64,000 bases of DNA from positions 45,769 through 109,768 of the IMG/VR virus record IMGVR_UViG_3300027869_000006; one strand, given 5' to 3'. Position numbers and translations under genes: made by a program. Below the pieces are notes generated by a model. The model saw only the letters and a list, made by a program, of their open reading frames with translations, was not told the DNA's origin and made no database searches. Positions 38,997-51,630 of the stretch are shown here, one piece after another. How positions within the stretch are numbered: the stretch's first letter is position 1; each line of letters opens with the position of its first letter. Origin of the DNA: a virus.

Positions 38997-40013
38997 TGGT
39001 TGAACTATGATGCGTACTCCCTTCTTTCCCTCGCCCGTCTCCGTTGTCGTGCCCGTACTCGCATGATGATCCAGGTGATCCACAGGAGGATCAGGATGAT
39101 CCAACTTGACGCATACACGTACAGATAGCCAACATCGTCGTGCCATTTCATCGGACCGTCTCCTCCTCTCCCCTATCCATTGTTCCAGTATAGGCAGCCT
39201 GATAAATCTTGTGAGCAGCCGAGAGCGAAGGGGGCACAGAGAGGCCAAGATCATGGGAAAACAGCAGGCGATACTCGTCATACCACGCGAGAAAGTCCTC
39301 CGCTTCTTGCAGCTCTTCACTCACCGCTTGCCGCTCGCTTGCTTGCTGTGATGAAGCAGCAGAGGAGATAGGTATGCGCTTGCATGTGCTTTTGACAAGG
39401 GGAACGAGCCAATCGAACAGGAGCAGGAAGACAATACCCAGACCCAGGAGGAAGCCAAACATGAAGAGTATGAGAAGTCCACAGAGCGTCAGGAGCAGGC
39501 GCTTTGTCCTGTGAAGAGAAGATGAAACGCGGCGCGACCGACGTTCAAACGGTGTTCCATGGAAAACGTTCCACATTACCCCTCCCCCTCCCCTCATCGC
39601 TTTCTCGCTCACACCTCCTGCTCTGATGGCATACCCGTCGCGTTCTCGTGTAAATACGAACTCAACCATACCAGAAGAGCAACAGTGGAGTTACCCAAAT
39701 TATAGAGAATACATCGTAAAATTACAAGCCTTTTTTCTGACAATTCTTTCATAATTTATACGGTGGAGTTCATATTGCTACTTCTCTCATATCACGTGCG
39801 TATTTACAGTAGAGTTCGTCTTGTACAACATGGACTCACTTCAATTACGAAAGCAATAGAGCAGAGATGGCATGACGGGCCAGGCATCAGCAAAAAGGTA
39901 CAAAGGTTACTTATGTCACAAAAGGGTATGTTACACTGAAAAGAGAACAAAAGAAGTGTAACATATAGATGCTATTTTAGCATCTATTGTGGTAGAATAG
40001 GAAAGGAGTACTA

Positions 40014-40355
40014 ATGGCTGATGTCGGTCGCAAACAAGAAAGGGAATTAATTTTGTTTGGGCGCTATATGCGAGTTGCCAGTAAACTCAAGGCCAGGAAA
40101 CTAGGAGTCAGTCGCTATACCTGGGAACAGATCAGCCTAGAGACTGGAAAAGACCCTTCCTTGCTAGTAAAGGCAGTCAGCGGTGAAACAAAAAGACCGG
40201 CGGTTGAAAACGTCTGGGCATGGATCAGAGTCCTTGAACCTGGAGAGAGATTGGAACGGCTTATTTGTAGTAGTTTGAGGTACTCAACCGAGAAGGATTT
40301 CACTGATGCTGAGACCTCTATCGATGCTTTGGAACAGGAAGAAGATATCCAGTGA
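40014..40355 (+). CDS. Probable HTH repressor-like protein
   Basis: FGRYMR...TWEQISLETGKDPSLLVKAVSG..KRP; divergent orientation; AAGGAG RBS. Confidence 0.55.
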   Translation: MADVGRKQERELILFGRYMRVASKLKARKLGVSRYTWEQISLETGKDPSLLVKAVSGETKRPAVENVWAWIRVLEPGERLERLICSSLRYSTEKDFTDAETSIDALEQEEDIQ

Positions 40356-42149
40356 GAGAGACGAGATAAAATATCTATGAAAGTGTGTGAAATTATGTAC
40401 AGAAGATATGTATCATAGCCTTGCATAGGGAAGAGCGAGATGGTATGCTTCCCCTTGTCCCCTCCAGGGGGAGACCGTCCAGGTGCGTAGGTACGCGAAA
40501 ATGTATACACAACGGAGATGGTGCGTACTGAATGCCTGGATGCCGGGCTAGGGGTGGAAGTACCATTACCACACTCCTAGAGCTACCGGAGAGAAGGCTA
40601 GAAACGTAAGATCGACGTTTCTAGCCTGTATCATTTTTGGGGTATTTCTGCTACACTAGAAGTCCAGCACAACCGCCGCAGGAGGTTCACCAGAACCGTA
40701 AGTACGGCAAAGCCTCCTGCACCCACACATCTCATGACGCCTGTTCCCCCTGCAAGCATTCGAGCGTGATGCTCCGTAACTGATCGACTATGTGCGAGAG
40801 GCCGACGCGGTTGTTGCTATACTTGGTATACGGCTCGCTCACCTCTACGGCATAGAGTCCGATGTCTGCATTGAGTGAGGTGAGGGTGACGGTGATCCCC
40901 TGCGTGCCCAGGTAAGCAACCAGCCTCGTGATCTCGTTGAGCCAGCCTGTGAGCTCGGCGGTGCGTGCCTGCTGGCGAGGCGGATGGACGGGTGAAGGTG
41001 AGAGGGATCGGCGCGAATACTTCGATGGCATGATCTTTCTCTCTCTCAATGACACCACCCGTACAGAGATGCGCGTGCCTGCTCGATGGTTACACCACGC
41101 TCGCCTCTGCGTAATTGCGCCACATCCTCATCAGTTTCATCGGCCATCGGCTGACTCAGGATGCGGCAGGGACACCATGCCTCTGTGCAGATGTGCGTTC
41201 CACCGTAGACGGCCTCAAAGACTGGGCCTGTCAGGGTCCGCACGAGATCAGCGAACGTGCCAGCGCGGTCCGTGTACCATTCCTGGATCGGGAGATATAC
41301 TGCTGTTTGTGATCCCTGTTGGCAGGATTCCGCGATGACAGAACAGATGAAACCCGTAAACACCGTTTGTCGGAGATCAAGCACCTCTACCAGTACATCA
41401 ATTTGTGCCTTGATCTGGGCGCGATTGTCTCCTTCCGCATCATAGGGATAATTGGCGAGATAGCCTTCCGTGTTATCATAGGCTAGAAACAGTTCTCGCA
41501 ACTTTGCCTCAATACGCTCTTCAATTGTCATGCTTGCTCCTTCTTTTCTGTAAAGTCTTGCGGGAACGTCACCCTGATAATGGCTTCAGATTCCTGCTCT
41601 AGCGCTGCATGGTACGCCTTGACTGCCGTAATCCGCTCGACGGGCCAGCAGCCATGTTTGTAACCAGGGAGGGCTTCAATCTCAGGAGGCAACGGGCGGG
41701 TTGTGAAGCTGCCGAGCCACTGTCCCTCATAGGTCGTCATGGTCGAGTGTCCTTGATAGGGCTCATAGACCTCGTAGGCCACGATGGGTGTCCCGATGAT
41801 ATCGAAACGGTGGGCGATCTTCCCATCTGGGAGCCTGACCCACTCGCTGATATCACTATGGGTCGGGTTGATGTTTCTCGTGAGGTTCATGCCACCTGGC
41901 TCCCTTCTCTCAAGGCGGGGACGAGCACTAGTGCCTCGGCATAGGTGCTGACTCGGTACAACGTGCGACTGACGATCCCTCGAAGGGTCGAGGTAAAGCG
42001 GACAACTTCAAACAACCCCGAACTTGGCTGATAAATAGTTTGGTATCTCATGCTTGTTTCCTTCCTCATAACGAACGCTCTTACTACTATCTAGTATAGT
42101 TCATTTAAAGAGCAAAGTCAAGAGGAAAAGGGGGCAAAACGTACGAGTT

Positions 42150-42503
42150 TTAGGCAGGTCCAGAAACTGCCTGTTGCTTTCGCTCTCGGTAGACTTTCTG
42201 GAGTGATTTGGCCCGTTTAGGAATAAGGCGTATGGTAAACGGTTCACGGTAGGGGAAGAGTGAGGTACGCAGGTGAGGTTTCCCATTCTTCGGGTTGACT
42301 GGGTGTCGAGCGTGTAGCAATTTCTCGTTGACATGGTGCTGCACGCTCTTATTGGTGTACTTTACATCAGGTACCTGGTACTCATGCTCTGCTCGCCAGG
42401 TATAGATAGCCGCAACGTCATGTACGGTAATCTCTCCGCCTACCGGCTCGATATGCAGATCAGCGAGAATACCCCGTATTTGCTTCTCGTCATAATAATG
42501 CAT
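42150..42503 (-). CDS. Putative DNA-binding regulator divergent from the early operon
   Basis: Basic helical ORF with RBS opposite the promoter at 42604. Confidence 0.45.
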   Translation of the reverse strand: MHYYDEKQIRGILADLHIEPVGGEITVHDVAAIYTWRAEHEYQVPDVKYTNKSVQHHVNEKLLHARHPVNPKNGKPHLRTSLFPYREPFTIRLIPKRAKSLQKVYRERKQQAVSGPA

Positions 42504-42603
42504 GGTGATCTCCCTCTTTCAAAAACGAGTATTGCTCCTTTATAGCACAAACTATGAATTTTCCGCAAGGGGTGAAATTTCCTACAAACTCATGGGAAAA
42601 CAC

Positions 42604-42632
42604 TTGACTTTGAGCCTTATATAAGCTATAAT
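42604..42632 (+). promoter_or_regulatory. Sigma70-type early promoter
   Basis: TTGACT-17 nt-TATAAT. Confidence 0.75.
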
Positions 42633-42962
42633 TGAACTTAGAAGATGAGAAAAGAAAGAGCGAGTCACAACGACCCGCTCAGACATCCAAAGCGAGAGGC
42701 ACCGAAACCTTCACGTGTAAGTACCTCTCCACCTGAAAGGATTGTAACACAATGAAGACAACGATGACACAAGCCATCCGCACAGAGCAGACAGCGACCA
42801 GTGGGTATGTGGGTCGGTTCCTCCGTGAGCGGCAGGAGGCCGAACGATTAGAGCGCGAGTACGCCGTACAGTTGGCCTGGTACCAGAGCCTCTCGGAAGA
42901 GCAGCGCCGGGCGTACCATGTACAGTTAAATAGCATTTACTGTTAAGAGAGGGAGAGAAGCA

Positions 42963-43799
42963 ATGTATCAATACAGTATCAGTGATCCACGCGGGTTAGA
43001 GGAGGAACAGATTCGGCGTATCGCTCCCTCGGTGTTTGCAGGGGCTGCGCATGAGAGCCGATCAACACGCTATGCCTACATCCCAACCAGCATGGTGTTG
43101 GCGGGATTGGCCCAAGAAGGATTTGTCCCGACCGCTGCGATGCAATCTCAGTCTCGCATTGAAGGAAAATCTGAGTTTACGAAACACCTCCTGCGGTTGC
43201 GACACCGCGATGACCTGGGCATGACCAAGCCTGATGTGCTTGAAGTCGTCCTCGTCAATGCTCACGATGGTTCATCGGCCTATAAGCTCTATCATGGTAT
43301 CTTTCGCATGGTCTGTTCCAACGGCCTGATCGCCGGGGACTTCAGTGATACCATGAGCGTGCGCCATACGGGCAATGTGGTGGATGAGGTCATTGAGGGA
43401 ACGTATAAACTGGTAGAAGAGGGTGAAAAGGTGATGGGTCACGTTGAGGAAATGAAGCAGATTGAACTCGACCGACCTGAACAGTTGCTTCTTGCTCAGT
43501 ATACCCTGAAAGCCCGTTTTGACCTGGACGACTCCGAGGATGGTGAGCAAAAGAAAGAAGTCATCTATGAGCCATCCGACTTCCTGCGTCGCCGTCGATC
43601 AGCCGACGTGGGAGATGATCTTTACACCGTGACCAATGTGGTCCAAGAAGCCGCGATCCGGGGTGGGGTGAAACGTCTCGATGGTCAAGGTCATCGCCAT
43701 AGTACTCGCACTATCCACGGAATTGATCAGACAGTTCGTCTCAATAAACTCGTCTGGCAGTTTGCTGAGGAGTTGCGGAAGTTCAAACATAGTCAGTAG
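42963..43799 (+). CDS. DUF932/DUF945-family protein
   Basis: APSVFA...HESRSTRYAYIPT...EGF.P...FTKHLLRLR...NAHDGSSAY....GIFRMVCSNGLI. Confidence 0.85.
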   Translation: MYQYSISDPRGLEEEQIRRIAPSVFAGAAHESRSTRYAYIPTSMVLAGLAQEGFVPTAAMQSQSRIEGKSEFTKHLLRLRHRDDLGMTKPDVLEVVLVNAHDGSSAYKLYHGIFRMVCSNGLIAGDFSDTMSVRHTGNVVDEVIEGTYKLVEEGEKVMGHVEEMKQIELDRPEQLLLAQYTLKARFDLDDSEDGEQKKEVIYEPSDFLRRRRSADVGDDLYTVTNVVQEAAIRGGVKRLDGQGHRHSTRTIHGIDQTVRLNKLVWQFAEELRKFKHSQ

Positions 43800-44133
43800 T
43801 GCCATGTTTGACGAGGAGGATGAGTTGCTCCTGGTAGAAGATTACTTCTTATCAGGAGCAGCCTATGAAGACAGCGAGGCTGTGATGACGATATGGAGTA
43901 CAATCATGCCAAGTGAGTGCTTAACACTCCTAGCATTCCTCAGAGAAGGGAGAAAACAGATGCATACCTATGACATCTATTACGAGCCAGCGGATACCGA
44001 TGATCCGCGTATTCCCCTTGGTACCATACAGGCTGAGAGTATCAGTGATGCACTTGACAAGGCCGCACAATGGTTTGAATATGATTCTGCCGATTTAGTG
44101 GCTGTATTCGTTGTGAAAGAAGAGGAGTAAGTC

Positions 44134-44919
44134 ATGAGTGCGCAACAGGAGACAGAAGAGAGAGCACGCCCACGTGCATTCAATCCACGAGAGCACCTCA
44201 TCGAGATTAAGAATCGGGGTGGAAGTGCTGAATATCTTCCTGTCCAATACCGCCTAGTCTGGTTCCGAGAGCAGCATCCGCAGGGCACGATAGAGACTGA
44301 AATCGTGCAACTTGACCTTGACCGTGAGACTGAGGAGGAAGTCTTTGCCTGGAATAATGACACTCGCCGCAGTGAGAAAGTAGTGAAACGTGCCAATGGC
44401 TTTGTGATCTTCCGGGCAGTCGTCAAAGATGGCAAGGGTGGCATGGCAACCGGCACAAAATCAGAGAAGGCGGCAAGTTTTCCAGATTATCTCGAAAAGT
44501 GCGAATCGGGCGCGATAGGCAGAGCTTTAGCAGCACTTGGATACGGCACACAATTCGCCCCAGAGCTCAATGAGGAACATCGTATTGTGGACTCCCCGGT
44601 TGATCGGACTCCCTCGTTATCTGATGGGGTCCGTGCCTCCATTCACTCGACCTCCTCAACCGAGGATCGCAGCGCGGGTGGACCTACCCCTGATGGGAAC
44701 GGTCGCAAGCCCCTGGTGAGTGTGAGCGTGACCCCACCTACCGAACAGAAATCCCCGGATGCCAGGGCGACTGAGCAGCAATTGACGAGTATTCGTAAAC
44801 TTTGTCACAGTTTGGGCAAACCTGAGCCTGAGAACCAGGAAACCATGACGTATCAGAGTGCGCGTGAACTCATACAACGCCTGAGCATTGACTATCGGCA
44901 GTCCAGAAAAGCAAGTTGA
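44134..44919 (+). CDS. Phage single-strand annealing recombinase (Rad52/Sak/Erf-like)
   Basis: YLPVQYRLVWFR...IETEI...EKCESGAIGRALAALGYGTQF; C-terminal ATEQQL..I...A.ELI..L domain. Confidence 0.65.
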   Translation: MSAQQETEERARPRAFNPREHLIEIKNRGGSAEYLPVQYRLVWFREQHPQGTIETEIVQLDLDRETEEEVFAWNNDTRRSEKVVKRANGFVIFRAVVKDGKGGMATGTKSEKAASFPDYLEKCESGAIGRALAALGYGTQFAPELNEEHRIVDSPVDRTPSLSDGVRASIHSTSSTEDRSAGGPTPDGNGRKPLVSVSVTPPTEQKSPDARATEQQLTSIRKLCHSLGKPEPENQETMTYQSARELIQRLSIDYRQSRKAS

Positions 44920-45468
44920 GAGAGAGATGTACCATGCCACAACTGACCGGGGAACTTGTCTATCGTGCCTTCGTCTTTGGGGTGTCTCATCGCGTTCCTG
45001 CCACACCCACGAAACGCTGGCTGGAACTGACTGATGGGGGCCGCGCACTCTATGAGGGAATGGCCGCCTGGTTGAACTCTCTGCTCGAAGAGGCCGAGGG
45101 AATTGAACGTCTGGAGCAGATCACTGATAGTGAGGCAGAGCAGGTATCTTGATCTAAGCCCAATTGCTAGAAGTCAAAACAAGGAAGGAAAATACGGTGA
45201 ATGACCATGAGGAGCCGAAGGAGCGAACCTTTACCTTTACGGGGACATCTGCTGAATTACAACGTCTCCAGGAACTGGTGTGGGAACTACGGGAAATCGA
45301 GACGATGCCTCTTGATGCTATTCCCCCACGTACCTTGTTCTATGATGCGTGGAGGAATGTCTATGTTCTCCTCAACGGGGAACAGTTGACCCCAGAGCAG
45401 GTACTACGAACAGGGATGTTCTTCGGCATGGTATCAAAGATGCTCAAGGAACAGAAAGAAGGGAGAGT

Positions 45469-46227
45469 ATGACAAAGAAGCAGTTTATTGCAGAGGTGGC
45501 CTCTCTCTCAAAAGAGGTGGAGTATGTCGCAGCTGGTGGAGGTAGTCTCTTTGACCCTGGGGAGATTGCAGTCCGTGTTCTGCCCAACCTGCGCGGCGGA
45601 CAACTGGTCGCTTACCTCTTCCGGCGCTTCGGGTATCCGAGTTGGAGATGGGATGAGTACAAGGAACTTACTCACTATCTCATTACGACGCCTATGAAAG
45701 ATGTGTTTCTAGAAGTCCGTCCCTACATGGGCGGTGATTCTCCGCAACCATCTTCCTTTGACCATACCGTCCTTATGTTTGGCTATTGTGTGGATAAGGC
45801 TATCGAAGAGGAGAGTTACTACCCGCTTCTGATGGAGGGAAAGCGAAATGACTGGTATGAACATCCTCGCTACAAGGAGTGTAACCAGGCATTTGAAGCA
45901 GCGATGCGCGATCTCTTGCGCCCGGTCTACGTGCGTGATGTCCCTATCAATTGCTATGGGTTGGTTCTCGATGACGACTTGGGAACATGCCCATCGCACG
46001 TCGAGCCATATCATGCAGCGGGCTACCCTATTCCGCAAGCCTTTCTCAGGGATACTGATCGGTATGTACAATTCACCGATGCGCTCTCTACCCTAGGTGA
46101 CGGTTCTATGGACAAGGGCATCGACCGCGTTATCAAGAATGCGGCGACGCTCAAACTGTACACGAGTGCGACGAGAGCAGAAATAGAGGCCGCCCTCGAA
46201 CAGGAAGGAACGGAAGAACATGGATAA
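45469..46227 (+). CDS. Hypothetical protein
   Basis: GGGAGAG RBS, MTKKQF start. Confidence 0.6.
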   Translation: MTKKQFIAEVASLSKEVEYVAAGGGSLFDPGEIAVRVLPNLRGGQLVAYLFRRFGYPSWRWDEYKELTHYLITTPMKDVFLEVRPYMGGDSPQPSSFDHTVLMFGYCVDKAIEEESYYPLLMEGKRNDWYEHPRYKECNQAFEAAMRDLLRPVYVRDVPINCYGLVLDDDLGTCPSHVEPYHAAGYPIPQAFLRDTDRYVQFTDALSTLGDGSMDKGIDRVIKNAATLKLYTSATRAEIEAALEQEGTEEHG

Positions 46228-46975
46228 GCCATTACACTCCGTCCAAAGTACGCTTACCGACTCTGAGTGGGTGAGCCTGATAAACAAAGAGAGAGGGGGT
46301 TTACCTGAGTGCTGCGGGAATATCAGCGAACTCCGTGATCGCGTGATTGCTCTTGCTCGTGAAGGTGGATTGCTTCCTGCATGGGATAGTATGATGCTTC
46401 TACGTGCCTATCGGGTGGCACGTGATGGGCACGATTTTACTGAGGAGGAGCATCCTGCCTTGCTCAAGTTGGTACGGGAAGTAGCCGAAGCATCGGGGTA
46501 CACCTTAGAGCAGATACACGAGTTCCCTCATGAAGGAAATGGAGAAGTATGAGTAGGGTAGAATTGTTATTGACCCGGCGACTCGCCGCCATGTGGGAAC
46601 AGATTGAAACACTTGACCTGCTACGGAACCTTGAACCCACACCGACACAGGAAGCATTTGAGGAGCAACGGAAGCGTTGTCTGAAGGAGATACGTGCTGC
46701 CCGCTCTATTTTCAAGGATATTGAAGGGCAGGTCAAGTTCTTGCAACTTCCTGCAAAGTCGCCTGTCGAGCAGGAATTTACCATCGGTCAACAGGTACGC
46801 ATTACCCGATCTGAGACCTGGCAGGGAGATATCTGTACCATCACCAAAAGGAGCAAGCGCGACCCGCATATGTACTGGCTCAAGGAACATGGGTGGCGAA
46901 GGTCAGATGAGATTGAGCCCGTCGAGCCTGTGTAGTTCTATGCTGATTGAGCAGTAAACTAAGGAAGGAAGCACG

Positions 46976-47557
46976 ATGAAGAAGCTAGCAATAATCGATA
47001 TGGATGGGATTGTGGCGAACCGTGATGCTCGTCTGGAAAAGGCACGGCAAGCCTATCTCGAACGCATGGAAGTAGAAGGAAAGACACCGGAACCTCTCTC
47101 GTACAGAGGGGGCTTTGAGTATGACGTGCTATTTGATCCGGTACTTGTGGAGTTGGATACATTGATTGACGGCGTGAAAGAGGCGCTAGAAACGCTACGC
47201 TATCAGTATGATTATGCTCTCCTGTTTTTGACGAGTAGGCCAGAACGAATGCGAGAGGCAACGATAGCATGGCTGTTTGCACACAACATTCTGTTTTATC
47301 AGTCGAATGGATTGCCCGCATTGGTGACAAAGCCACCTGCCTTCCAGTACATGAAGACGAGGGTATGGAAAGCTGGTATGGTGCAGACGTTGGCAAACTG
47401 GTATGGTGCAAGTATTGTTAAGTTCATTGACGACCAGGAAGAGAATTGGCAGGAACTCTTGAAGCACACACCCTATACAGCATACTCACTTGAGTGGTGC
47501 AGTTCACTGGCACAGACTGTTGATCGCCTGCGTGAGGGTGCTCAAGAGAGTCTGTAG
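46976..47557 (+). CDS. HAD-superfamily phosphatase (polynucleotide-kinase phosphatase-like)
   Basis: IIDMDG, LTSRPE, FIDD motifs. Confidence 0.8.
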   Translation: MKKLAIIDMDGIVANRDARLEKARQAYLERMEVEGKTPEPLSYRGGFEYDVLFDPVLVELDTLIDGVKEALETLRYQYDYALLFLTSRPERMREATIAWLFAHNILFYQSNGLPALVTKPPAFQYMKTRVWKAGMVQTLANWYGASIVKFIDDQEENWQELLKHTPYTAYSLEWCSSLAQTVDRLREGAQESL

Positions 47558-47615
47558 AGTCAGTTTACCCATATGCGCGGAAACTAGTAGTTCAGAAAAA
47601 AGGGAGAGAGAAAAA

Positions 47616-48956
47616 ATGGAACGTAACGTACTACTTCAGGGAGACGCTCTCTCTCTTTTGAAAACCTTGTCAGATGCAAGCATTCAGTGTTGTATTACCT
47701 CGCCTCCCTATTACGCGCTTCGTGATTATCAAACGGAGCCACTTCTCTGGGATGCCGATCCATCCTGTACTCATGAATGGGAGACCATTCTCCAGAAGGA
47801 CGATCACGGTGATAACGGGATGAATGGTTCTGGTCTCAAGGGAGGATTGGAAACACAGGGGCAAACACGCTTTGAGAAGCGATCTGCTTTCTGTCTTCGG
47901 TGCGGTGCATGGCATGGTAGCTTAGGATTAGAACCTACCCCTGATCTCTATATCTCTCACCTCGTTCAGATTTTCAGGGAGGTCCATCGCGTGTTGCGTA
48001 AAGACGGAACGCTCTGGGTAGTCATCGCAGATAGTTACGCGGGATCGTGGGGGAACTATGCCCCCGGCGGTATTAAAGGGATACAACGAAAGCGAACAGA
48101 AGAGGGAGAGCGGTGGGATCGTCGAGCCTATAGTGATACGACTTTCTTACCTCCATCGGCAAAGAGCTCGAGTATGGGTCTAAAAGATAAGGATTTAATC
48201 GGGATTCCGTGGATGCTTGCTTTCGCTTTACGGGCTGATGGTTGGTACTTACGTCAAGACTTGATCTGGAATAAGCCCGCGTGTATGCCTGAGAGTGTTC
48301 TGGATCGATGTACAAAATCCCATGAATACATTTTCCTCCTGGCAAAGAGTGAGAGATACTATTATGACACTGAGACAATCAAGGAACCTGCACGCAATTG
48401 GGGTACCCGGGACCGCTCTCACTTCCGTAATGGCACAAACGATCCATTCCTCAAACATCACGGTTTAACCGATTCCAATAGTGAAGCGACAGGGAGAAAT
48501 AAGCGGTCTGTTTGGACGGTGAATCCGCATCCATACAAGGAGGCTCACTTTGCTACATTTCCTCCTAAGCTAGTGGAGCCGATGATACTTGCAGGAAGTT
48601 CACCTCGAGCGTGTGAACAGTGTGGTGCTCCGTGGAAACGGGTGATAGAACCTACTGGACATATGAATCACCGTGAAGCAGCTCACGTCCCGAACAATAC
48701 GCCAACGAAGGTAGATAGTACAGGATGGGCACCAACACGAATAGCCACGGCTAACTTTCAACCGACCTGCTCCTGCAAGATGAATACAGGGACGGGAAAA
48801 TGTGTGGTTCTTGACCCATTTGCAGGAGCAGGAACAACCTTACTTGGTGCCTCACAGTTTGAGAGAGATTGGGTAGGGATTGAATTGAACCCGACCTATG
48901 TGAAACTGATCCAGAAACGTATTGCTGAGGTGCAGCCCGTACTCTGGTTAGAATAA
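47616..48956 (+). CDS. Orphan N4-C/N6-A DNA methyltransferase (beta class) with Cys-rich insertions
   Basis: TSPPY, IWNKP, HEYIF, HFATFP, VLDPFAGAGTT, GIELN. Confidence 0.9.
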   Translation: MERNVLLQGDALSLLKTLSDASIQCCITSPPYYALRDYQTEPLLWDADPSCTHEWETILQKDDHGDNGMNGSGLKGGLETQGQTRFEKRSAFCLRCGAWHGSLGLEPTPDLYISHLVQIFREVHRVLRKDGTLWVVIADSYAGSWGNYAPGGIKGIQRKRTEEGERWDRRAYSDTTFLPPSAKSSSMGLKDKDLIGIPWMLAFALRADGWYLRQDLIWNKPACMPESVLDRCTKSHEYIFLLAKSERYYYDTETIKEPARNWGTRDRSHFRNGTNDPFLKHHGLTDSNSEATGRNKRSVWTVNPHPYKEAHFATFPPKLVEPMILAGSSPRACEQCGAPWKRVIEPTGHMNHREAAHVPNNTPTKVDSTGWAPTRIATANFQPTCSCKMNTGTGKCVVLDPFAGAGTTLLGASQFERDWVGIELNPTYVKLIQKRIAEVQPVLWLE

Positions 48957-49119
48957 AGCTCGAGCTGTGAGAGTGAGAGAGATAGGCTTCGCCCCTCTCC
49001 CCAGGTGGCTTTATCTATCTTATGATATCGGTGCTTCTGATTACTTAGAATACCTGAGCTAGAACGTAAATGAGTTTTCATGAGTTGCTGAAAACTGGTG
49101 TCAAAATGGCTAAAATCAC

Positions 49120-49148
49120 TTGACATTATTATGGATATACATTATAAT
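49120..49148 (+). promoter_or_regulatory. Consensus sigma70 promoter
   Basis: TTGACA-17 nt-TATAAT. Confidence 0.75.
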
Positions 49149-49623
49149 TAAGTATAAGAACAAAACAAATATGAAGGAGATCAAAGAGATGACAAAGCGA
49201 CAGATGGAAGCACTTGATAGGCGTGAAGAGCAGATCGCAGCAAAGAGCAATCGCACAAACTATAGTCAGGGTATTATCGGCGGACACTATGCAGGGTGCA
49301 AGGCTGCTGCCTACATCAAAACGCATACCCGTTGCACAAAGGGGCATGGCTGGACCGTTCGTAGTGAGTTTGGCGGCTGCGCAATCTGCGAACAGGAGGA
49401 GGAATAAATGCAGCAAACGACTTCTCTCATTATCCGCAATATCCCGTCCATTGATGAACTCAGAACGGACATCAATGGACTCATCGGGCGGGGTATCGCC
49501 CATTGGACTGAGCCAAATATGGTTATTTATGACGTGCGCTCGGTCGCAGTAGTTCCGCATAAGTCTGATGATGCATTTGATGTCCTGGTTCTCGTTTCTT
49601 TGGAGCCAGAAAGCGAGGAATAA

Positions 49624-49845
49624 ATGCCAGAACAGCAAGCAAAGCGATCTGTAGGACGCCCTCCAATTGAGGGCAAGGAACCGATGCAGGATATACACTT
49701 GCGTATTCCAGTCAAACTTGTAGAGGCTATTGATGGGTCGAGAGGGAAGAAAAGCCGCACAGAACTGATTAGGGAGGCAATTGAGTTACACGGTGATATC
49801 TCTCTCTGGATACGCTATTATGGAAAGAAGCAGGCGAATGGTTAG
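49624..49845 (+). CDS. Ribbon-helix-helix regulator
   Basis: GRPP...IHLRIP..LVEAID...SRTELIREAI. Confidence 0.75.
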   Translation: MPEQQAKRSVGRPPIEGKEPMQDIHLRIPVKLVEAIDGSRGKKSRTELIREAIELHGDISLWIRYYGKKQANG

Positions 49846-50203
49846 GTACGTCTAACCGCTCTACAGGCTTGAGTAGACATATTCGACGTTATCATGAGTA
49901 ACACAGCCTGGGGAGCAGAGCGAGGACAGTCTCTTTCACTCTCCAAAGAAGGAAGGAACACGACAATGACACAGGGAACAATGAAAGCCGTTGTTGATTT
50001 TGGCTATGGAACCGGAGCACCGAAAGAGGTCGAACTCTACAATTTGCAACCCACCGGCATCCCAGGGACACAGTTTGCCCAGATTGTAGGGATGCCCTCC
50101 TTACGAGCAGTGCAGCAGGAAAGTGGAAAGTGGGTAGCACAAAGAATCCCAGATCACAGACCACATACGAAGTGGTCCCATCGTGATATCGACTATTAGT
50201 AGC

Positions 50204-50236
50204 GAGAATGACCAGGCCCTTTACCTGGTCATTCTC
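50204..50236. terminator. Hairpin / probable terminator
   Basis: GAGAATGACCAGG-CCCTTTA-CCTGGTCATTCTC. Confidence 0.55.
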
Positions 50237-51475
50237 CTGATATGGTTCTTGTGGGTAGTTTACAAAAGGAAGGAAGCACAACTATGGCAAATATGATAAG
50301 AACGTCATGGACATCACTGAGCGCAATCCCAGAGGAGCATCAATTTCTGATGCATCGTATGTATGAAGATAGCGATCTTGAAGGTGCAGGAGCCGCTGAG
50401 GCAACGTTTGACTTCATCGAGCAAGAAGACCCAGGACGTTTTGTTGTTATCCTGGCAAATGATAGCGTGACGCCTCCCTGCTGCACGAGTGAGGGACACT
50501 ATCGGTGTGATTATTATGCTGAATACTGGTATACCGTACTTGTCAAGAAAGCTACTTGGAACCTCTACAAAGAGCGAGTGATGGCAGCAGATCAGGAACA
50601 TAAGGCTGCTCACCAGTGCAAGCTAGTCACGAAAGGAGCAGGAGTATGAGCCATTGGAAACTACAGCACGATGCATCAGGAGCATATTGGCAGTATGATA
50701 CTCCCTATCCAGGAACACAGATTGAAATGCGACAGGTGCTCCGAGATGAGGATGCCTGGTCTGCCTGGCTTACGAATATCCAGACGGGTAAACAGATTGC
50801 TCTTGAGAGTTTTGGGACACGGGCGAAGGTGAAGCGAGAAGTGGAACAAAAGGTGACTGATCCTTTCGCGCCATTCTATAACGAGAAGCTACGCAAGATT
50901 GGTATCGTTCCACATGTTTCTTTCGACGCACTTCATAAACAGGGAGCAGATCACTATAAGGAGACATGGCTCAGTGCGAACCTTGTTATCTCTGAAGTGG
51001 CACAGGACTACGGACTTGATACCTTTGCTCATCGCGAGATGTTGTCTGCCATTGCGTGGCGGGTTTGCCGACTGCTTGCGGAGCCTGTTGGGGAGCCGTC
51101 TGAACTATAATCAATGTATCTTCTGATTACTTAGAAAGCAAGAGATCATATGCAAGAGCAGGAGCAGGGACAATGGGAGTATATATGTGCCTTCTGTAAG
51201 AGAGCACAGTCACTCAGAGAAACGAGGCAACGTGTCCTCCGTTTGGGGACAGAACCGATTTGCACCACCTGTTGTGACAAAGCATTACGTGCCATAACGG
51301 CTGATATCATACGTGAGCGCGGTGCTTCTTCCATCTCTGAGGAGTCCTTATTTGATATCGATGAGCAATCGCGGCCATTGTCTGATGGCTGATATCCCGG
51401 CATATATCTACTCTATAAAACCCAACAATAAAGAGAGAGAAGAGAGGCATCGTTGACAAGAAGAGTACAATAACA

Positions 51476-51623
51476 CGTGAGATGAGCCGAAGATTTGCGT
51501 TATCGCTTTTGGAGCCGGCGTCGAAAGACATGTGAGTTCGAGCCTCACTACTCCGCAATCGCGGGGTATGGCGGAATGGTAGACGCACCGTAACAATGCA
51601 GATCGTCCCTTGCCCATCTCACG
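51476..51623 (+). ncRNA. Y RNA 1 (YrlA-like, permuted tRNA module with long variable arm)
   Basis: Terminal helix CGTGAGATG/CATCTCACG; Ro-site-like AGCCGAA...CTTGCC; T arm GTGAG-TTCGAGC-CTCAC; closed acceptor stem; D arm. Confidence 0.85.
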
Positions 51624-51630
51624 CACTTAT

